Assembly: GCA_035536815.1 (NCBI GenBank)
Contig: DATLNJ010000016.1
Span: 3,970 to 67,969 of the forward strand
Reading direction: 5' to 3'
Length of the DNA: 64,000 nucleotides
From: Frankiaceae bacterium
GTDB lineage: Bacteria; Actinomycetota; Actinomycetes; BP-191
Part shown: positions 36,463 to 45,490 of the stretch, piece by piece
How the letters are laid out: every line of letters starts with the position of its first letter
Position numbering within the stretch: position 1 is the stretch's first letter
The notes under the pieces: model-generated
Told to the model about the DNA's origin: nothing
The model's input: only the letters and a program-made list of their open reading frames with translations
The model's database searches: none
Made by a program: the position numbers and the translations under genes

Positions 36463-38361
36463 ATGACCACGACCAAGACGGTCAGCGAGCTCGACCGCGT
36501 CGTCATCCGCTTCGCGGGCGACTCCGGCGACGGTATGCAGCTCACCGGCGACCGTTTCACCAGCGCGACCGCCGCGTACGGCAACGACCTGGCGACGCTG
36601 CCCGACTACCCCGCCGAGATCCGCGCGCCAGCCGGCTCGCTGGCCGGTGTCTCCGGCTTCCAGATCCACTTCTCGTCCGAGGACATCACCATGCCGGGCG
36701 ACGCGCCCGACGTCCTCGTGGCGATGAACCCCGCGGCGTTGCGCAGCAACCTGCGCGACCTGCCCCCTGGCGCGACGCTGATCGTCAACGAGGACGCGTT
36801 CACGACCCGCAACATGGAGCGCGTCGGCTACGCCACCAACCCGCTCGACGACGGCACCCTGGAGGCGTACACGGTCTACCGGGTGCAGCTCACGTCGATG
36901 ACGATGAAGGCCGTCGAGGGCCTGGAGATCAGCAAGAAGGACGCGGAGCGCACGAAGAACATGTTCGCGCTCGGGATGATGTGCTGGATGTACGGCCGCC
37001 CGACCGAGGCGACCGAGGCGTGGGTCTCGCAGAAGTTCGCGAGCAAGCCGGCCATCAAGGAAGCGAACCTTCGCTCGTTCCACGCGGGCTGGAACTTCGG
37101 CGAGACGACCGAGATCTTCGCCAGCTCGTACGTCGTCCGGCCGCAGCGCGCGGAGCCCGGCATGTACCGGAACATCAGCGGCAACACCGCGCTCGCGTAC
37201 GGCCTGGTGGCCGCGTCGAGGCTGTCGGGGCTGCCGCTGTTCCTGGGCTCGTACCCCATCACGCCGGCCAGCGACATCCTGCACGAGCTGTCCAAGCACA
37301 AGAACTTCGGCGTCCGTACGTTCCAGGCCGAGGACGAGATCGCGGCCGCGGCCTCCGCGCTGGGCGCGGCGTTCGGCGGCGCGCTGGCGGTCACGACGAC
37401 GGCCGGTCCGGGCGTCGCGCTGAAGTCGGAGACCATCTCGCTGGCCGTCTCGGTCGAGCTGCCGCTGGTGATCGTGAACATCCAGCGCGGCGGCCCCTCT
37501 ACCGGCCTGCCGACCAAGACCGAGCAGAGCGACCTGTTCCAGGCCATGTACGGCCGGCACGGCGAGTCGCCGATGCCGATCGTGGCGGCGTACTCGGCGA
37601 GCGACTGCTTCGACGCCGCCATCGAGGCGTGCCGGATCGCGACGAAGTACCGGACGCCGGTGTTCCTGCTCTCCGACGGCTTCCTCGCCAACGGCGCCGA
37701 GCCGTGGAAGCTGCCGGCCGAGGACCAGCTGCCCGACCTGCGGGTCGAGTTCACGACCGAGCTGAACCACGGCGAGGAGTTCTGGCCGTTCCTGCGCGAC
37801 CCGGAGACGCTGGCGCGGCCGTGGGCCGTGCCCGGCACGCCCGGGCTGATGCACCGCATCGGGGGCATCGAGAAGCAGGACGGCACCGGCCACATCTCGT
37901 ACGACCCGGCCAACCACCAGCTCATGTCCGAGCTGCGCCGCGACAAGGTCGCCGGCATCGCGAAGGACATCCCGCCGCTGGAGGTGGACGACCCGTCCGG
38001 CGAGGCCGACATCCTCGTTCTCGGGTGGGGCTCGACGTGGGGCGCGATCCGCGCCGCGTGCCGGCGGGTCCGCAACGCCGGCGGCACCGTCGCCCACGCG
38101 CACCTGCGGCACCTCAACCCGTTCCCGGCCAACACCGAGGACGTGGTCCGCCGCTACCGCACCGTGCTGATCCCGGAGATGAACCTCGGGCAGCTGGTCA
38201 CGATGATCCGCGCGGCGTACCTCGTCGACGCGCAGGGACTGAACAAGATCATGGGCCGGCCGTTCACGGCCCAGGAGATCGCCGACGAGATCGAGAGGCT
38301 TCGGGCACCCCACGCCGCCGCTGGCGCGGCGCCGCGGGGACCCCAGGAGGGAACACAGTGA
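36463..38361 (+). CDS. korA: 2-oxoglutarate:ferredoxin oxidoreductase, alpha subunit
   Basis: 632 aa. The blocks RFAGDSGDGMQLTG, GSYPITPASDILHEL and IVNIQRGGPSTGLPTKTEQSD are typical KorA sequences. Confidence 0.92.
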   Translation: MTTTKTVSELDRVVIRFAGDSGDGMQLTGDRFTSATAAYGNDLATLPDYPAEIRAPAGSLAGVSGFQIHFSSEDITMPGDAPDVLVAMNPAALRSNLRDLPPGATLIVNEDAFTTRNMERVGYATNPLDDGTLEAYTVYRVQLTSMTMKAVEGLEISKKDAERTKNMFALGMMCWMYGRPTEATEAWVSQKFASKPAIKEANLRSFHAGWNFGETTEIFASSYVVRPQRAEPGMYRNISGNTALAYGLVAASRLSGLPLFLGSYPITPASDILHELSKHKNFGVRTFQAEDEIAAAASALGAAFGGALAVTTTAGPGVALKSETISLAVSVELPLVIVNIQRGGPSTGLPTKTEQSDLFQAMYGRHGESPMPIVAAYSASDCFDAAIEACRIATKYRTPVFLLSDGFLANGAEPWKLPAEDQLPDLRVEFTTELNHGEEFWPFLRDPETLARPWAVPGTPGLMHRIGGIEKQDGTGHISYDPANHQLMSELRRDKVAGIAKDIPPLEVDDPSGEADILVLGWGSTWGAIRAACRRVRNAGGTVAHAHLRHLNPFPANTEDVVRRYRTVLIPEMNLGQLVTMIRAAYLVDAQGLNKIMGRPFTAQEIADEIERLRAPHAAAGAAPRGPQEGTQ

Positions 38362-39386
38362 CAGCCCTGGACGACCAGCCGGTCGCGCTCACCAAGAAGG
38401 ACTTCACCAGCGACCAGGAGGCGCGCTGGTGCCCCGGCTGCGGTGACTACGCGATCCTCGCGTCGGTGCAGTCGCTGATGCCGGAGTTCAACCGCCAGCC
38501 GCACGAGGTGGTGTTCGTCAGCGGGATCGGCTGCTCCAGCCGGTTCCCGTACTACATGAACACCTACGGCTTCCACACGATCCACGGCCGCGCGCCGGCC
38601 GTCGCGACCGGGCTCGCGGTGACGCGGCCCGACCTCGACGTGTGGGTCATCACCGGCGACGGCGACGCGCTGTCCATCGGCGGCAACCACTTCGTCCACC
38701 TGATGCGGCGCAACGTCAACCTCAAGATCCTGCTGTTCAACAATCAGATCTACGGGCTGACGAAAGGCCAGTACTCGCCGACGTCCGAGCTCGGGAAGGT
38801 CACGAAGTCGACGCCGTTCGGCTCGGTGGACCACCCGTTCAACCCGGTGTCGCTGGCGATCGGCGCGGAGGCGACGTTCGTCGCGCGGACGCTCGACGTG
38901 GACAAGGCGCACCTGACCGACGTCCTCCGCCGGGCGAGCGCCCACCGCGGCACGTCGTTCGTCGAGATCTACCAGAACTGCAACATCTTCAACGACAACG
39001 CGTTCCTCAACATCACCGGCCGCGACACCCGCGACGACTTCCAGATCCGGCTCAAGCACGGCCAGCCGATCCGGTTCGGCGCCGACGGCGAGCGCGGCGT
39101 GATCATGGGTGTCGGCGGCAACTGCGAGATCGTCGACGTCGCCGACGTCGGCGAGGACGCGCTGCTCGTCCACGACGAGCACTCGGAGAACCCCGGGCTC
39201 GCGTTCGCGCTGTCCCGGCTCGCGCACGGCCCGTCGAGCGCCACGCCGGTCGGCATCTTCCGCGACGTGGAGCGGACGACGTACGGCGAGGAGATGGACC
39301 GGCAGGTGGCCGCGGCGACCGCGACCAAGGGCGCGGGCGACCTGATGAAGCTGCTGCACAGCTCCGACACGTGGGACGTGCGCTGA
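38358..39386 (+). CDS. korB: 2-oxoglutarate:ferredoxin oxidoreductase, beta subunit
   Basis: GTG at 38358 overlaps the korA stop (GTGA). It carries WCPGCGDYAIL and the TPP-binding block ITGDGDALSIGGNHF...NNQIYGLTKGQ. Confidence 0.92.
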   Translation: MTALDDQPVALTKKDFTSDQEARWCPGCGDYAILASVQSLMPEFNRQPHEVVFVSGIGCSSRFPYYMNTYGFHTIHGRAPAVATGLAVTRPDLDVWVITGDGDALSIGGNHFVHLMRRNVNLKILLFNNQIYGLTKGQYSPTSELGKVTKSTPFGSVDHPFNPVSLAIGAEATFVARTLDVDKAHLTDVLRRASAHRGTSFVEIYQNCNIFNDNAFLNITGRDTRDDFQIRLKHGQPIRFGADGERGVIMGVGGNCEIVDVADVGEDALLVHDEHSENPGLAFALSRLAHGPSSATPVGIFRDVERTTYGEEMDRQVAAATATKGAGDLMKLLHSSDTWDVR

Positions 39387-39817
39387 GGCTCCTCGCCTGC
39401 GACAACTGCATCCCGGGCGACGCGTCGGGGTGGTACGTCCCGCTCGGCGCACTGGTGCTCGCCGCCGTGCTGACGGCCGCGGCCACCTGGCGGCGGGCGG
39501 GGGCGCGCACGGGGTGGCGCGCGGCGGCGTTGCGGCTCAGCGGGCTGGTGCTGCTGGCCGGGCCCCCGGCCGCGGTGCTCGCGGTGGCATCGGACGTCAC
39601 GTACGGCCGCACGCACTGCGGCTCCGCGCTGTCGGCGTCTCTGGAACGCGGCGTGCCCGACGGCAAGGCCCTCGACCCGGCGCAGGCGGGGTGCAAGGAC
39701 AAGGGCGACCGGATCGTGGCGTACGCGTACGCGTACACCGGCGCGACGTTCGTCGCCGCGGCGGTCGCCGCCGGGGCCGGCTCGGCTCCCGGCCGGCGCC
39801 GGCCCGCGGTCGCCTGA
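39383..39817 (+). CDS. possible small two-TM membrane protein (start uncertain)
   Basis: The frame after korB reads ...WYVPLGALVLAAVLTAAATW...LSGLVLLAGPPAAVLAVA...YTGATFVAAAVAAGAG and is more coding-like than the alternatives. There is no ATG; the first in-frame GTG at 39455 would cut TM1, and the CTG at 39383 overlaps the korB stop. Confidence 0.35.
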   Translation: MRLLACDNCIPGDASGWYVPLGALVLAAVLTAAATWRRAGARTGWRAAALRLSGLVLLAGPPAAVLAVASDVTYGRTHCGSALSASLERGVPDGKALDPAQAGCKDKGDRIVAYAYAYTGATFVAAAVAAGAGSAPGRRRPAVA

Positions 39818-39818
39818 C

Positions 39819-40217
39819 GTGGGGCTGTTCCGCCGGCGCAAGCGCGAGCCCGCGCCCGTTCTCGTCGACGACGGGTCGCTGCACGAGGTCGGCCGGGCCG
39901 AGTCGGTGGAGGTCGGCGACGGCGCGGCGGTCGAGGCGATCGCCGCGTCCGGCACGGACCTCACGAAGCCGGTGCTGCTGCGGCACGTGCTGCTCGTCAA
40001 CGACCCGGCGGCGGCCGAGGCGCTCGCCGCGGCGGTTCGCGCGGACGGCTACGACGTCCGCATCGACACCTCCGACGGCGGCTGGACGTGGATCGTGCGC
40101 GCCACCGAGACGGCGTTGCTGACCGCGGTGCACGCGGCGCGGGCGCGGGCCCGGCTCACGTCGCTGGCGTCGCGGCACGGCGCCGAGTACGAGGGCTGGG
40201 AGGCCGCGGCGCCGTAA
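39819..40217 (+). CDS. RraB-like (regulator of ribonuclease activity B domain) protein
   Basis: 132 aa. Blocks are LRHVLLVNDPAAAEALAAAVRADGYDVRI...WTWIVRATE...LASRHGAEYEGWEA. Confidence 0.7.
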   Translation: MGLFRRRKREPAPVLVDDGSLHEVGRAESVEVGDGAAVEAIAASGTDLTKPVLLRHVLLVNDPAAAEALAAAVRADGYDVRIDTSDGGWTWIVRATETALLTAVHAARARARLTSLASRHGAEYEGWEAAAP

Positions 40218-40251
40218 ATGCCGCAATCCGCCCGCTGACCTGCGGTTTTCG

Positions 40252-40281
40252 TTGACGCTCCCGCTCCTCAGTCCATAGGAT
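40252..40281 (+). promoter_or_regulatory. possible sigma-A-type promoter (TTGACG - 18 nt - TAGGAT)
   Basis: TTGACG at 40252-40257 and TAGGAT at 40276-40281, about 30 nt upstream of the ATG at 40312. This is a by-eye match only. Confidence 0.3.
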
Positions 40282-40311
40282 GCCGAACGGCGTTCCGTTC
40301 TTGGAGGATGC

Positions 40312-40488
40312 ATGGCCTCGGGCACCCGTCCCACCGGTGCGACGCTCAAGCCAGTGGCGAAGGCGTCTAGCTCCGTCCGTAGCTGCCCGGTCTGCAACGA
40401 GCGGCTGTCGTCGTACAACCCCGGCCCGAACTGCTGGACCCACACGGTCGGCATCCCGTGGCGGGGCCCCACGGCCAAGCCCAAGTAG
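40312..40488 (+). CDS. small Cys-containing (zinc-ribbon-like) protein, 58 aa
   Basis: Below the track size cut-off. GGAGG lies 5 nt upstream of the ATG. The sequence is MASGTRPTGATLKPVAKASSSVRSCPVCNERLSSYNPGPNCWTHTVGIPWRGPTAKPK, ending at TAG 40486-40488. Confidence 0.5.
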   Translation: MASGTRPTGATLKPVAKASSSVRSCPVCNERLSSYNPGPNCWTHTVGIPWRGPTAKPK

Positions 40489-40623
40489 GCCGCGATCCTG
40501 CTGCCGTACCAGACCCCGACGCCGTCACCGGCGCCGGGGTGCGACCCGCCCTGCCTGCTCGACATCCCGCTGACCGAGTTCGCGCGCGCGGGCATCCGGT
40601 CCGCCGTCGTCCTGCTGCTCGCG

Positions 40624-41379
40624 GTGGTGACCGTCCGCGTCGCGCGCCGCGCGATCCCGCGCACCGTCCGCCGGCTGGCGGGCGGCGTCGTCGGTGACGA
40701 ACGGCTCGAGCAGCGCACCCACACCCTGTCCGGAACGCTCGTCAGCGTCGTCCGCGTCGGCGTGTGGGCGATCGCGTTCTTCACGGTCGTCGGCGCGCTC
40801 GGCTTCGAGCTCGGCCCGCTCATCGCCGGCGCCGGCGTCGTCGGCCTCGCGGTCGGCTTCGGCGCGCAGCAGCTCGTCCGCGACGTCATCACCGGCTTCT
40901 TCGTGCTGGTCGAGGACCAGTTCGGCGTCGGCGACTCGGTGACCCTCGGCGGCGTCAGCGGCACCGTCGAGTCGATGACGCTGCGGCTGACGCGGGTGCG
41001 CGGGGACGACGGTGTGCTGCACCACATCCGCAACGGCGACCTCGGCGTCGTCTCCAACTCCTCCCGCGGCTACAACGTCGCGACGGTCACCGTGCCCGTG
41101 CCCGCGGACGGCAGCGCCGCTGCGGTCGCCGCGCGCATCACCGAAGCGATGGCCGCGCTCAAGGGCGAGGGGTCGCTCGGCGACGCGCTGCTCGCCGAGC
41201 CGCAGGTACTCGGCGTCACCGGCTTCCGGGACGGCACGACGACGCCGGTCGTCACGGTGCAGGCCAGGGTGAAGCCGGAGGCGAAGGCGCGGGTGCAGCG
41301 GGCCGTGCTGCAAGCCGCGCTGGACGCCGTTCCCGAGCCGCCGCCGAAGCGCCGGGCCCGCGCCGCGCCTAGTAGATGA
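40624..41379 (+). CDS. MscS-family mechanosensitive channel (annotated from first GTG; true N-terminus probably upstream)
   Basis: The pore helix and beta domain read GPLIAGAGVVGLAVGFGAQQLVRDVITGFFVLVEDQFGVGDSV. An upstream in-frame TM segment (IRSAVVLLLAVV) has no canonical start codon. Confidence 0.85.
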   Translation: MVTVRVARRAIPRTVRRLAGGVVGDERLEQRTHTLSGTLVSVVRVGVWAIAFFTVVGALGFELGPLIAGAGVVGLAVGFGAQQLVRDVITGFFVLVEDQFGVGDSVTLGGVSGTVESMTLRLTRVRGDDGVLHHIRNGDLGVVSNSSRGYNVATVTVPVPADGSAAAVAARITEAMAALKGEGSLGDALLAEPQVLGVTGFRDGTTTPVVTVQARVKPEAKARVQRAVLQAALDAVPEPPPKRRARAAPSR

Positions 41380-41947
41380 AGCCGCAGCCCGCGTAGTCCT
41401 CGTACTCGGTGTACGAGCTCACCTGCGCCTGGCGGGCGCGCGCCCACGTCACGCGCGCGGTCGCGCCGCGCTTCGGGGTCGCCGGCCCGACCTCCTTCAA
41501 CGGGAGGTGGATGCGCACGGCGCCGGGCTGCGAGTGGTCGGCGCGCGCGCCCTTGAGGTCCCGCACAGGGGACCGGGGTTGGCGCTTGTCCACGACATAG
41601 GCGTAGTTCCCGGGCGCCGCCCCGCGCGGATCCGCGACCACCCAGGACAGGCCGTCACCGCGGACGGTCCGCGCGTAGAACTCGTACCGGTTGTCGTACT
41701 GGAAGAACATCGACCAGGTGCCGTTGCCGGGGGCGGCGCCGGCGGTGTGGAACGTCGCGACCAGCTCGCGGGCGGTCCGCGCCACCGACACCCGGACGAT
41801 GTCGAGGTGCGGCGCGTCCACGGTCACCTTGGTTCGCTCCACCACCACGTCGCCCCGGGGATCGTTCATGCACGCCGGCGCGGCGGCGGACGCCGCGGTG
41901 GCCAGTGCGGTCGTGGCGAGCGCCACGCAGAGCGCGGTACGGAACAT
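41369..41947 (-). CDS. secreted hypothetical protein
   Basis: 192 aa with signal peptide MFRTALCVALATTALATAASAAA. I do not recognise a family. It overlaps the MscS 3' end by 11 nt (convergent). Confidence 0.7.
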   Translation of the reverse strand: MFRTALCVALATTALATAASAAAPACMNDPRGDVVVERTKVTVDAPHLDIVRVSVARTARELVATFHTAGAAPGNGTWSMFFQYDNRYEFYARTVRGDGLSWVVADPRGAAPGNYAYVVDKRQPRSPVRDLKGARADHSQPGAVRIHLPLKEVGPATPKRGATARVTWARARQAQVSSYTEYEDYAGCGFIY

Positions 41948-42020
41948 GGGGATCCCCCCAGGGTGAGACGAGGCGGTCAGCGTACGGCAGACCGGCCGTC
42001 CCGGACAGGACCGTCGCGGC

Positions 42021-42605
42021 TCAGTCGAGGGCGAGGTCCGCGAGCAGGGACAGCCGCATGTCGTGCGGGATCGGTGCGCTCTCGGCGTAGTTCGGGTGGT
42101 CGACGGCCAGCTCGGCCGGCGCGTCCGGGTCGCGGAACGCGTCCCGCTGCTCGTCGGTCAGGGCGAAGCGCAGGTAGTGCACGGTCGCGGTGTAGTCCTC
42201 CTTCGACCGGCCCTCCTCGCCGCGCGCCTTCACGGTCTCGCCCCCGACGGTGAGCGAGAACGTGTGCTCGATTCCGGCGAAGCGCGGCAGTTCCGCCTTC
42301 AGCGTCGCCATGTCGGGGAACTCCAGGAACAGCGTCGCGGAGAGCTCGTTCGGCGTCGGCATCAGCGGGTTGTAGACGTCGAGCTCCTCGCCGACCTTCG
42401 CCAGGTCGGTCGTCTGCTCGACGAAGATCATCTCCTGCACCTGGTGGCGCAGCGTGTCGCGGTTCTCGAACACCAGCGTCACGACGTCGCCGAGCGCGAT
42501 GCGGCGGGTCTTCTTCAACGCGATCGCGGCGGCTCGCGCGTCGGCGCGGCGGGCGCCGTACGCGGCGTGGTCGAGCTCGATGTCGTCGAGCGTGATCGGC
42601 TTCAT
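42021..42605 (-). CDS. DUF3501 family protein
   Basis: 194 aa. The blocks [45 protein letters not shown] and VDHPNY match the DUF3501 pattern commonly linked to rubrerythrin. Confidence 0.8.
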   Translation of the reverse strand: MKPITLDDIELDHAAYGARRADARAAAIALKKTRRIALGDVVTLVFENRDTLRHQVQEMIFVEQTTDLAKVGEELDVYNPLMPTPNELSATLFLEFPDMATLKAELPRFAGIEHTFSLTVGGETVKARGEEGRSKEDYTATVHYLRFALTDEQRDAFRDPDAPAELAVDHPNYAESAPIPHDMRLSLLADLALD

Positions 42606-42747
42606 GTCAGGCCGTTCTTTCGGTGCGGGGCGCCCCGGCCGCGGGCCCGCCAGGCATCGCCGGGCCCGCCGCCGTCGTAGGGCACTAGGGCGTGTCGCCG
42701 CCCGCGGCCCGGCCCGCGCGAGGCGGCCGGGCGCGGACGTGCACGCG

Positions 42748-43182
42748 TCAGGCGTCGGCGGTCGCGCTGAGCGAGTCGAGGCCCTTCTGGAACCGGCCCG
42801 CGTGGCTCTTCTCCGCGCGCGCCAGCGTCTCGAGCCACTCGGCGATCTCCTCGAAGCCCTCGTCCCGCGCGGTGCGCGCGAAGCCCGGGTACATCTCGGA
42901 GAACTCGTAGGTCTCGCCCTCGATCGACGACCGGAGGTTGTCCTCCGTCTTGCCGACCTTGACGCCCGTCACCGGGTCGCCGACCTCGGCGAGGAAGTCG
43001 AAGTGACCGAACGCGTGACCGGTCTCGCCCTCGGCCACGTCGCGGAACAGGCCCGCGATCTCGGGGTAGCCCTCGATGTCGGCCTTGCGGGCGAAGTAGA
43101 GGTAACGGCGGTTCGCCTGGCTCTCGCCGGCGAACGCCTCCTTGAGGTTCTCGTGCGTCTTGCTGCCCTCGAGCGACGGCAT
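42748..43182 (-). CDS. rubrerythrin-family diiron protein (no rubredoxin domain)
   Basis: 144 aa with [19 protein letters not shown] and the ExxH pairs EGETGHAF and [10 protein letters not shown]. Confidence 0.9.
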   Translation of the reverse strand: MPSLEGSKTHENLKEAFAGESQANRRYLYFARKADIEGYPEIAGLFRDVAEGETGHAFGHFDFLAEVGDPVTGVKVGKTEDNLRSSIEGETYEFSEMYPGFARTARDEGFEEIAEWLETLARAEKSHAGRFQKGLDSLSATADA

Positions 43183-43195
43183 CGTGATGCTCCTC

Positions 43196-43597
43196 CTAGA
43201 GCGTTGCGGTGCGGGACTGGCAGGTCGGACAGAGGCCGCGGAAGCGCAGGTCGTGGCCGGTGACGGCGAAGCCTGACACCTCGGCCACGGCGTTCGCGAG
43301 CTGGCGCGGCAACGGCGCGTCGACGTCGGCCGCGGCGCCGCAGCGGACGCAGACGACGTGGTCGTGCCGGGCGGTGTTGGCGTCGTAGCGGGCGGCCGCG
43401 TCGCCGAGCGCGAGCTCGAGCGCGTAGCCCTGCTCGACGAGCAGGTTGAGCGCGCGGTAGACGGTCGCCGCGCCGATGCCGGGGGCGGTCCGGCGCACCC
43501 GGTCGAACACGTCCTGCGCCGTCGGGTGGTCGTGCGACCCGCGGAGGGCGTCGAGCACCGCCTGGCGCTGCGGGGTGAGCCGCAGGTCGGCGGTCAT
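43196..43597 (-). CDS. Fur-family transcriptional regulator (PerR/Zur-like)
   Basis: 133 aa. Motifs are [36 protein letters not shown] and CPTCQ. Confidence 0.9.
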   Translation of the reverse strand: MTADLRLTPQRQAVLDALRGSHDHPTAQDVFDRVRRTAPGIGAATVYRALNLLVEQGYALELALGDAAARYDANTARHDHVVCVRCGAAADVDAPLPRQLANAVAEVSGFAVTGHDLRFRGLCPTCQSRTATL

Positions 43598-43639
43598 GGG
43601 CGCTCCTCGGTCAGGTCGGTTCCGTCGGGCGGACGGCGT

Positions 43640-43654
43640 TGAGAACGGTTCTCA
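43640..43654. promoter_or_regulatory. perfect 7-1-7 palindrome TGAGAAC-G-GTTCTCA, candidate Fur-family operator
   Basis: Read directly from the sequence. It lies about 43 nt upstream of the fur-family start codon, in the divergent intergenic region. Confidence 0.5.
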
Positions 43655-43753
43655 GTATCGGCCTCCGTGTCGCGGCCCGCAAACCGGAGTGGGCGCACGT
43701 TCGCGATAGCATCGCGCGGCGTCGCCCCCACTGACGAAAGGTCCCCTCCGCCC

Positions 43754-44170
43754 GTGGCCACCGTGCTCGTCTACGCCACCGACCCGGTCGTCCGCGACCA
43801 GGTCGAGCTGGCGATCGGACGGTCGCCGGCGGCCGGCGTCGAGGAGCTCTCCTACGTCGCCACCGACTCCGCCGCGCAGGTCGTGTCGATGGTCGACGAC
43901 GGGCTGGCCGACCTGCTGATCTTCGACGGCGAGGCCTGGCCGAACGGCGGCCTCGGGCTGTGCCGGCAGCTCAAGAACGAGGTCTCCGACTGCCCGCCCG
44001 CGATCGTGCTGATCGGCCGCAGGGACGACCGGTGGCTGGGGCAGTGGTCGCAGGCCGAGGCGGTCGTCATGCACCCCATCGACGCGATCGAGCTGGCGCG
44101 GACCGCCGTCCGGCTGATGACCACCCCGCTCGCCGCGACCGCGGCGACCATCGAGGAGCGAACGAGTTGA
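43754..44170 (+). CDS. receiver-like (CheY-fold) single-domain protein, atypical
   Basis: GTG at 43754 after GAAAGG. The sequence is VATVLVYATDPVVRDQVE...DLLIFDGEAWPNGGLGLCRQLK...PPAIVLIGRRDD. The usual K-P is replaced by H-P (VVMHPID). Confidence 0.55.
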   Translation: MATVLVYATDPVVRDQVELAIGRSPAAGVEELSYVATDSAAQVVSMVDDGLADLLIFDGEAWPNGGLGLCRQLKNEVSDCPPAIVLIGRRDDRWLGQWSQAEAVVMHPIDAIELARTAVRLMTTPLAATAATIEERTS

Positions 44171-44433
44171 ACACCGAGGCATGGTGCGGGCACTGCGGCG
44201 AGGCGTTCCGGCTCGCCCAGGTGGTCGAGGAGGGCACCGGCGGGCGCTGCCCGCGCTGCGGCATCGTGTTCTCGCACGAGTACAACGCCGTCGTCACGAC
44301 CTCGGCGCAGCAGGCGATCGCCGCGCACGCGCAGCTCGAGGCGGCGCTGCAGCGGATCGCGGAGATCTCGCCGTTGCTGCACGTCGACCGCGAGGCGCTC
44401 TACAAGAGCCTCGACACGTACCTCCTGCGCTAG
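44167..44433 (+). CDS. zinc-ribbon protein (CxxC...CxxC), 88 aa
   Basis: TTG at 44167 overlaps the upstream stop (TTGA). The sequence is [39 protein letters not shown]..., followed by a helical tail. Confidence 0.5.
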   Translation: MNTEAWCGHCGEAFRLAQVVEEGTGGRCPRCGIVFSHEYNAVVTTSAQQAIAAHAQLEAALQRIAEISPLLHVDREALYKSLDTYLLR

Positions 44434-44446
44434 CGCCGGCCGCGTC

Positions 44447-45481
44447 GTGACGGCCTGGCCAGGCGTGCTGTCCGCGCTGCTCGCGGGGCAGCCGCTCACC
44501 GGCGAGCAGGCCGAGTGGGCGATGTCCGAGGTCATGGACGGCAACGCCACGCCCGCGCAGGTCGCCGGCTTCGCGGTGGCCCTGCGCGCCAAGGGCGAGA
44601 CGCCCGCCGAGGTGTCCGGGCTGGTCGCGGCGATGCTCGCGCGGGCCAGGCCGTGCCCGGTCGAGGGCCCGGTCGTGGACACCTGCGGCACCGGCGGCGA
44701 CCGCTCGCACACCGTGAACATCTCGACCATGGCGGCGTTGGTGGTCGCCGGGACCGGCGCGCGCGTGGTCAAGCACGGCAACCGCGCCGCCTCGTCCACG
44801 TGCGGCTCGGCCGACCTGCTCGAAGCGCTCGGCGTCCGGATCGACCTGCCGCCCGAGGCGGTCGCCGCGTGCGCGGCCGAGGCGGGGATCGCGTTCTGCT
44901 TCGCACCGGTCTTCCACCCGGCGCTGCGGCACGCGGCCGCGCCGCGGCGCGAGCTCGGGATCGCGACGGTGTTCAACTTCCTCGGCCCGCTGACCAACCC
45001 GGCCCGGCCGGGTCACCAGGCGGTGGGGGTCGCCGACACGCGGATGGCGGCGGTGATGGCGGGCGTGCTCGCCGACCGCGGCACGTCGGCGCTGGTGTTC
45101 CGCGGCGACGACGGGCTGGACGAGCTCACGACCGCGACGACGTCGCGGGTGTGGGTGGTGCGGGACGGCGGGGTGAGCGAGGAGGGGCTGGACCCGCGGT
45201 GGCTGGGCATCGCGCTCGCGCCGGTGGAGGCGCTGCGCGGCGGGGACGCGGCGTACAACGCGTCGGTCGCGCGGTCGTTCCTGGCCGGCGAGCAGGGGCC
45301 GGTGCGGGACGCGGTCCTGCTCAATGCGGCGGCCGCGCTGGCGGCGTTGACGCCCTCGGCGGAGCCGCTGGAGACGCGGCTGGCGGCCGGTCTGCTCGGC
45401 GCGGCCGAGGCGGTCGACTCGGGGGCGGCGGCGACGGCGCTGGACCGCTGGGTCGCGGTGTCGCAGCGGCTGGCGTCGTAG
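44447..45481 (+). CDS. trpD: anthranilate phosphoribosyltransferase
   Basis: 344 aa. Motifs are [40 protein letters not shown] and [10 protein letters not shown]. Confidence 0.93.
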   Translation: MTAWPGVLSALLAGQPLTGEQAEWAMSEVMDGNATPAQVAGFAVALRAKGETPAEVSGLVAAMLARARPCPVEGPVVDTCGTGGDRSHTVNISTMAALVVAGTGARVVKHGNRAASSTCGSADLLEALGVRIDLPPEAVAACAAEAGIAFCFAPVFHPALRHAAAPRRELGIATVFNFLGPLTNPARPGHQAVGVADTRMAAVMAGVLADRGTSALVFRGDDGLDELTTATTSRVWVVRDGGVSEEGLDPRWLGIALAPVEALRGGDAAYNASVARSFLAGEQGPVRDAVLLNAAAALAALTPSAEPLETRLAAGLLGAAEAVDSGAAATALDRWVAVSQRLAS

Positions 45482-45490
45482 CGGGTCTCG

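Noticed and set aside
36394-38313. 639-aa minus-strand ORF opposite korA, and similar antisense ORFs opposite korB, trpD, the NYN gene and the NlpC/P60 gene
   Set aside because: All have repetitive Arg/Gly/Asp/Leu-rich translations and are antisense to genes with unambiguous family signatures.
40221-40250. Hairpin ccgca...tgcgg followed by TTTTC after the RraB-like gene as a terminator
   Set aside because: The stem is only 5 bp with a ~15-nt loop, which is too weak to call.
42606-42747. GC-rich inverted repeats between rubrerythrin and DUF3501 as an intrinsic terminator or attenuator
   Set aside because: Stems such as GCCCGGCC/GGCCGGGC can be drawn, but no U-tract follows, and such pairings are expected by chance at this G+C content.
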